64,000 nt of DNA. Source: Candidatus Latescibacterota bacterium. GTDB lineage: Bacteria; Latescibacterota; UBA2968. Position numbers and translations under genes: made by a program. Where the stretch lies: contig OZ220741.1 in the NCBI GenBank assembly GCA_965116885.1, positions 4,992,001 through 5,056,000 on the forward strand, in the 5' to 3' direction. Under the pieces are notes generated by a model. That model did no database searches, was not told the origin of the DNA, and saw only the letters and a list, made by a program, of their open reading frames with translations. Positions 59,383 to 64,000 of this stretch are shown piece by piece; position 1 is the stretch's first letter; every line of letters starts with the position of its first letter.

Positions 59383-61458
59383 ATGATGAGTGAATTAAAA
59401 AACAATCCCCTGCTGGTCAAAGAGGGATTACCGCGGTACGACGAAATTGATCCAGAACACGTTGTACCGGGCGTAAAACATATGCTATCAGAAGCAGAGA
59501 AACAGATTGCGGCACTGGAGCAAAACATGACCCCTTCGTGGGATGGATTGCTCGTCCCGCTCGAAGAACTCGATGTGCCCTTTTCTTATGCCTGGGGACC
59601 CGTGGGCCATCTCCTAAGTGTAAAAAATTCCGATGACTTGCGCGAAGCACACGAAGCCGTCTTACAAGATGTCGTAGCTTATGGTCTGCGCGTGCAGCAA
59701 AGCCGGCCCATTTACGAAGGCCTGGTAGCAATTCGAGACGGCGAGGAATGGGCGAAGTTAGATGAGGCTCAAAAACGATGTATCGAGCTGAAAATTCGCA
59801 CAGCCGAACACGCCGGGGTGGGATTAGAGGGCACAGCAAAAGAACGCTTTAACGAAATCGCCAAAGAATTGTCGCAAATCAGCACAGATTTTTCCAACCA
59901 TGTACTGGATGCGACCAAAGCGTATGAACTAATCATAAAAAATAAAAAAGACACAGAGGGCTGGCCGAACAGTTTGCGACAAGTAGCCGCGCAATCTTAT
60001 GCACAGGCCAATGAGGGCAGCGAAGCCACACCGGAAAATGGTCCCTGGCGCATTACACTGGATTTCCCGAGCTTTTATCCCTTTATGCAACACCATCGCG
60101 TACGCGACCACCGCGAGCAAGTGTACAAAGCATACATCCAGCGCGCATCCTCTGGCGAATGGGACAACAGCGACTTGATAGCGCGCACCTTAAAATTGCG
60201 CCAGGAGCAATCCGCGCTCCTGGGTTTTGCGACCTATGCAGACAGGAGCCTGAATGTCAAAATGGCCCCCGATGTGGCATCTGTCGAACGCATGATCGGT
60301 GAATTGCAGGCGGCTTCGCAACCCCATAGTGAAAAGGATTTTGGCGCGCTGGAAGCACTGGCAAAGGCAAATGGTCAGGAAGAGCCGGTCATGCACTGGG
60401 ACACATCCTTTTGGTCAGAGCGGTTGCGCGAGCAAAAATTCGATTATACCGACGACCAGTTGCGCCCATATTTTCCACTTCCCAAAGTACTCGATGGCAT
60501 GTTTGCATTGGCAGAACGCCTTTTTGATATTGAGATCGCACGGGCAGATGATGAAGACGCGCACAGATGGCATGAAGATGTGCAATTCTTCAAAGTACTC
60601 CGCGATGGTGAGCGCATCGCGGCATTTTATCTGGACCCCTATTCCCGTCCAGCAGAAAAACGCGGTGGCGCGTGGATGAACGACTGCCTGGGACGGCGAT
60701 GGCTCAACGGCGAACTTCGCTTGCCCGTAGTACACCTCGTGTGCAACGGCACGCCACCCGTGGGAGACACGCCATCGCTGATGAGTTTTTCAGAAGTGGA
60801 AACCCTGTTCCACGAGTTTGGACACGGGTTGCAGGGCATGTTGACGACCGTTGATTACGCCGATGTAGCGGGGTTGCACGGCGTAGAATGGGATGCCGTG
60901 GAGATTGCCAGCCAATTCATGGAAAACTGGTGTTATCAAAAACCCACGCTAATTGGAATGACCGCGCATGTGGAAACGGGCGCGCCCTTGCCAGATGACC
61001 TGTTTGAGAAAATCGTCGCCGCACGCACATTTCAGGCGGGATCTTTGATGATGCGCCAGTTGTCCTTCGGAAAAACGGACATGCTGCTGCATTCCACCTA
61101 CGATCCAGATGGCGAAGAAACGGCTTTTGATGTAGAGCGCAGGGTAACCGCGGAAATGTCCGTATTGCCCCCCCTACCAGAAAGCCGCTTCTTGTGCTCA
61201 TTCTCCCATATTTTCGCCGGAGGCTATGCCGCCGGGTATTACAGCTACAAGTGGTCAGAAGTACTGAGCGCAGATGCATTCGGCGCGTTTGAAGAGGCCG
61301 GACTGGATGACGAAGAAGCCGTAAAAGCAACCGGACGCAAATTCCGCGACACAATTCTCGCCCTGGGTGGCAGCAAACACCCCATGGATGTGTACCGAGA
61401 ATTTCGCGGGCGCGAACCGAGCACAGAAGCGTTGCTGCGACACAATGGCCTGTTGTAA
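59383..61458 (+). CDS. prlC: Oligopeptidase A (M3A)
   Basis: NNPLL, KRGGAWM, TLFHEFGHGL, WDAVE and GGYAAGYYSYKW motifs. Confidence 0.93.
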   Translation: MMSELKNNPLLVKEGLPRYDEIDPEHVVPGVKHMLSEAEKQIAALEQNMTPSWDGLLVPLEELDVPFSYAWGPVGHLLSVKNSDDLREAHEAVLQDVVAYGLRVQQSRPIYEGLVAIRDGEEWAKLDEAQKRCIELKIRTAEHAGVGLEGTAKERFNEIAKELSQISTDFSNHVLDATKAYELIIKNKKDTEGWPNSLRQVAAQSYAQANEGSEATPENGPWRITLDFPSFYPFMQHHRVRDHREQVYKAYIQRASSGEWDNSDLIARTLKLRQEQSALLGFATYADRSLNVKMAPDVASVERMIGELQAASQPHSEKDFGALEALAKANGQEEPVMHWDTSFWSERLREQKFDYTDDQLRPYFPLPKVLDGMFALAERLFDIEIARADDEDAHRWHEDVQFFKVLRDGERIAAFYLDPYSRPAEKRGGAWMNDCLGRRWLNGELRLPVVHLVCNGTPPVGDTPSLMSFSEVETLFHEFGHGLQGMLTTVDYADVAGLHGVEWDAVEIASQFMENWCYQKPTLIGMTAHVETGAPLPDDLFEKIVAARTFQAGSLMMRQLSFGKTDMLLHSTYDPDGEETAFDVERRVTAEMSVLPPLPESRFLCSFSHIFAGGYAAGYYSYKWSEVLSADAFGAFEEAGLDDEEAVKATGRKFRDTILALGGSKHPMDVYREFRGREPSTEALLRHNGLL

Positions 61459-61481
61459 AGTCAAAAACGAAGGAAATCATT

Positions 61482-62753
61482 ATGCTGGAGTTCTTCTATA
61501 ACTGGTTACTCAGCCTGGGTGTCGAATCAGAGATGGCTCAAAATTGGACCGCACCATTATTGGTGGGCCTGTGCATTCTGGCACTCAGTGTGATTGCCGA
61601 TTTTATCGTAAAGCGCATAGCTCTGCGAACGCTAAAGTACGTGATAGAAAAAACGACAACACCCTGGGACGATGCATTTGTAGAGCATCGGGTTCTGGAT
61701 CGGTTGGCGCATCTGGCCCCAGCAGTGGTCATCTACCTTTTGGCCGACTTGCCATTTGCGGGAATGACAGAAGCAGACCGGGATTATTGTGTCGCGATTG
61801 TTCGGGATGCCGTGCAGATTTTTGTCGTAATCATCAGCATCTGGGTGGTTGCGGCATTTCTCAATGCCGCGCTATCTGTTTATCAAACATTTGAGATCTC
61901 CCGCGAAGTCCCCGGCAGGGGTTTCGTGCAAGTCTTGAAAATAGTGACGTATTTTGTAGGCGGCATTTTGATTTTGTCAATTTTGTTAGATCGCAACCCC
62001 GTATATTTCCTGAGCGGGTTGGGTGCATTGATGGCTGTGCTTTTGCTGGTATTTAAAGATGCCATCCTGGGACTGGTCGCGGGCATACAACTGAGTGCGA
62101 ATAAAATGGTCGCCGTGGGCGATTGGATTGAGATGCCGAAATACGGCGCAGATGGAGATGTCATTGAAGTGGCATTAACCACCGTAAAGGTGCAAAATTG
62201 GGACAAAACAATCACCTCGATCCCTGCATATTCATTGATCAGCGAATCGTTTAAGAACTGGCGCGGCATGCAGGAATCGGGTGGCCGTCGGATCAAGCGA
62301 TCAATTTTAATCGATATTCAAACAATCAAATTTTGCGACGAAGAGATGTTGGCGCGATTTTCAAAAATCAAATACATCGCTGCCTATATCGAACACAAGA
62401 AAGACGAACTCGCAAAATTCAACCAGCAGCAAGAGGTAGATGAATCGAGCCTGGTAAATGGACGGCGCATGACCAATGTGGGCACGTTTCGGGCATACAT
62501 CGTCGCGTATTTGAAAAATCATCCCAAAGTCAACCAGGAGATGACATTTTTGGTGCGACAACTGCCGCCGCAAGAACACGGCTTACCGATAGAAATTTAC
62601 GTCTTCTGCAGCGATACAGTATGGGCGAATTACGAGGCGATTCAGGCAGATATTTTCGACCACATCCTATCCGTAGTGCCCGAGTTTGACCTCAGCGTAT
62701 TTCAGACGCCAACAGGGCATGATTTTAAGCATCTCGCTGAAAAAAAAGATTAA
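61482..62753 (+). CDS. Mechanosensitive channel, MscS family (YbdG/MscM-like)
   Basis: FKDAILGLVAGIQL, GDWIEMPKYGADG, VKVQNWDKT and NWRGMQESGGRRIKR motifs. Confidence 0.92.
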   Translation: MLEFFYNWLLSLGVESEMAQNWTAPLLVGLCILALSVIADFIVKRIALRTLKYVIEKTTTPWDDAFVEHRVLDRLAHLAPAVVIYLLADLPFAGMTEADRDYCVAIVRDAVQIFVVIISIWVVAAFLNAALSVYQTFEISREVPGRGFVQVLKIVTYFVGGILILSILLDRNPVYFLSGLGALMAVLLLVFKDAILGLVAGIQLSANKMVAVGDWIEMPKYGADGDVIEVALTTVKVQNWDKTITSIPAYSLISESFKNWRGMQESGGRRIKRSILIDIQTIKFCDEEMLARFSKIKYIAAYIEHKKDELAKFNQQQEVDESSLVNGRRMTNVGTFRAYIVAYLKNHPKVNQEMTFLVRQLPPQEHGLPIEIYVFCSDTVWANYEAIQADIFDHILSVVPEFDLSVFQTPTGHDFKHLAEKKD

Positions 62754-62863
62754 TACCGCCACCGGGCCGAAGAGGCTGAAAACCCAATTCGCAAACATTA
62801 AATCACTGTTTTTTTTACATTCTGAACCCTGAACATCAGCAGAAAATTGACTTTATATTTTTT

Positions 62864-62897
62864 AAGCCCTGCTCAAGCAAGCAGGGCTTTTATTTTT
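62864..62897 (+). terminator. Intrinsic terminator
   Basis: AAGCCCTGCT-CAAGCA-AGCAGGGCTT followed by a T-rich run. Confidence 0.65.
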
Positions 62898-63107
62898 CGG
62901 ATTCTATCCCAATATCGCAAAAAAATGGAACCTGGGACAAATTTTGAACTTCAGGACAAACTTACGAGGTTGACATCTAAGGGCAAATAGGGCCTATTTT
63001 TTAGAGCGATATATCGTCTAGAAGGACGCGGTAGTTCAAACCGTGTGCAGGACACGCATCCGTTGAGATTGCTCTCAACACAACCATTTTTCAAAGGAGT
63101 AGCAGCT

Positions 63108-63749
63108 ATGAAACACCTGCGTAGATCTATCGTTATAGGCATCATGACTCTGGCAGCTATGAACTTCCCCGCCTCCATTTTCGGTCAGACCACAATCGGC
63201 ATTCAGGGTGGCCTGAGCCGGGCGACAGTGGGCGGAAGTGATGCAGAAAATGCGGACGCGCGCATCGGCATCACGCTCGGTGCTTCTGCTACTATCCCAA
63301 TACAGGAGAAATTCAGCCTTCAGTTCGGTGGCAACTATGTGCAGAAGGGGGCCAAGACCGAGGAGGAGGGGCTTGAGGGAAAGATTAATGCAGATTACAT
63401 CGAGCTTTCGGGCCTGGGCGTCTTCAACCTCACACCCTCTGGAAGTCAGGCTTCAGTATATATGCTCGTTGGGCCATCAGTGGCATTCAATACCAAGTGT
63501 GAAGGCTCTGTCTCAGGCACCATTCTCTCAGAGAGCATCAACATATCATCGGACTGCGGCGAGGAGACCAAAAGTTTAGACTTGGGTATTACTGGAGGGA
63601 TCGGTACTGAGATGGCGATGTCCGAAGGGATGACATTCTCGATAGATCTTCTATACACCTTAGGGCTCCTGTCAGTTGACAAAGTTGGTGACGTTAAGAC
63701 CCGGGCCCTTATCCTTCGGGCTGGAGTCGGCTTTCCTATAGGAAAATAG
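63108..63749 (+). CDS. Outer membrane beta-barrel protein (PorT/OMP_b-brl_2-like)
   Basis: AAGGAG RBS, signal peptide, YVQKG, GPSVAF and DLGITGGIG motifs. Confidence 0.8.
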   Translation: MKHLRRSIVIGIMTLAAMNFPASIFGQTTIGIQGGLSRATVGGSDAENADARIGITLGASATIPIQEKFSLQFGGNYVQKGAKTEEEGLEGKINADYIELSGLGVFNLTPSGSQASVYMLVGPSVAFNTKCEGSVSGTILSESINISSDCGEETKSLDLGITGGIGTEMAMSEGMTFSIDLLYTLGLLSVDKVGDVKTRALILRAGVGFPIGK

Positions 63750-63765
63750 CGAGAGGCAAAAATTT

Positions 63766-63810
63766 AAAAAAGGCGATCCATTACGCAATGGGATTTGGGT
63801 CGCCTTTTTA
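63766..63810 (+). terminator. Intrinsic terminator
   Basis: AAAAAGGCGATCCA...TGGGTCGCCTTTTT. Confidence 0.65.
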
Positions 63811-64000
63811 TATATGTCAATCACTCAGGCTTGGCACAAGGAAACTTCAAATCGGACACTCTATTGATAAATTCTCGACCCGTAAAAATCATATACGATT
63901 TATAGAATTGTCAAATTTTTTGAAACTTTATACGGGACAAAGCGTGAGAAACGGAACAGAGGCAGATGGCAAAGTTGACTGACAAGCCCTATCTCACCTC

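Overview
Gene-dense bacterial chromosome segment with about 55 CDS and one tRNA-Leu(CAG). No CRISPR array, integrase, transposase or prophage is visible. The gene content (GWxTD/TPR proteins, a paired dockerin/EF-hand-like domain, two PhyH dioxygenases, two Gfo/Idh/MocA oxidoreductases, a sulfatase, a GH29 fucosidase and an Oar-type TonB-dependent receptor) suggests an FCB-group organism such as Latescibacterota or Gemmatimonadota; this is inference only. Main points: (1) a tandem duplication of a secreted, membrane-tethered heterodimeric M16B peptidase pair (36.0-41.8 kb) converges on an orphan RND permease; (2) a cobalt-type nitrile hydratase operon begins 14 bp behind a toxin-antitoxin pair; (3) a short ATCCGCAGATG repeat sits at or just after five stop codons, and two copies carry a nested palindromic MITE-like insert flanked by CGCAG; (4) a toxin-antitoxin/nuclease hotspot (51.7-58.7 kb) holds a decayed higBA, a reversed hicB-hicA pair, an orphan McrC-like nuclease and a FitA-like antitoxin coupled to a HAD phosphatase instead of a PIN toxin. 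All calls come from reading motifs by eye; no database searches were run.
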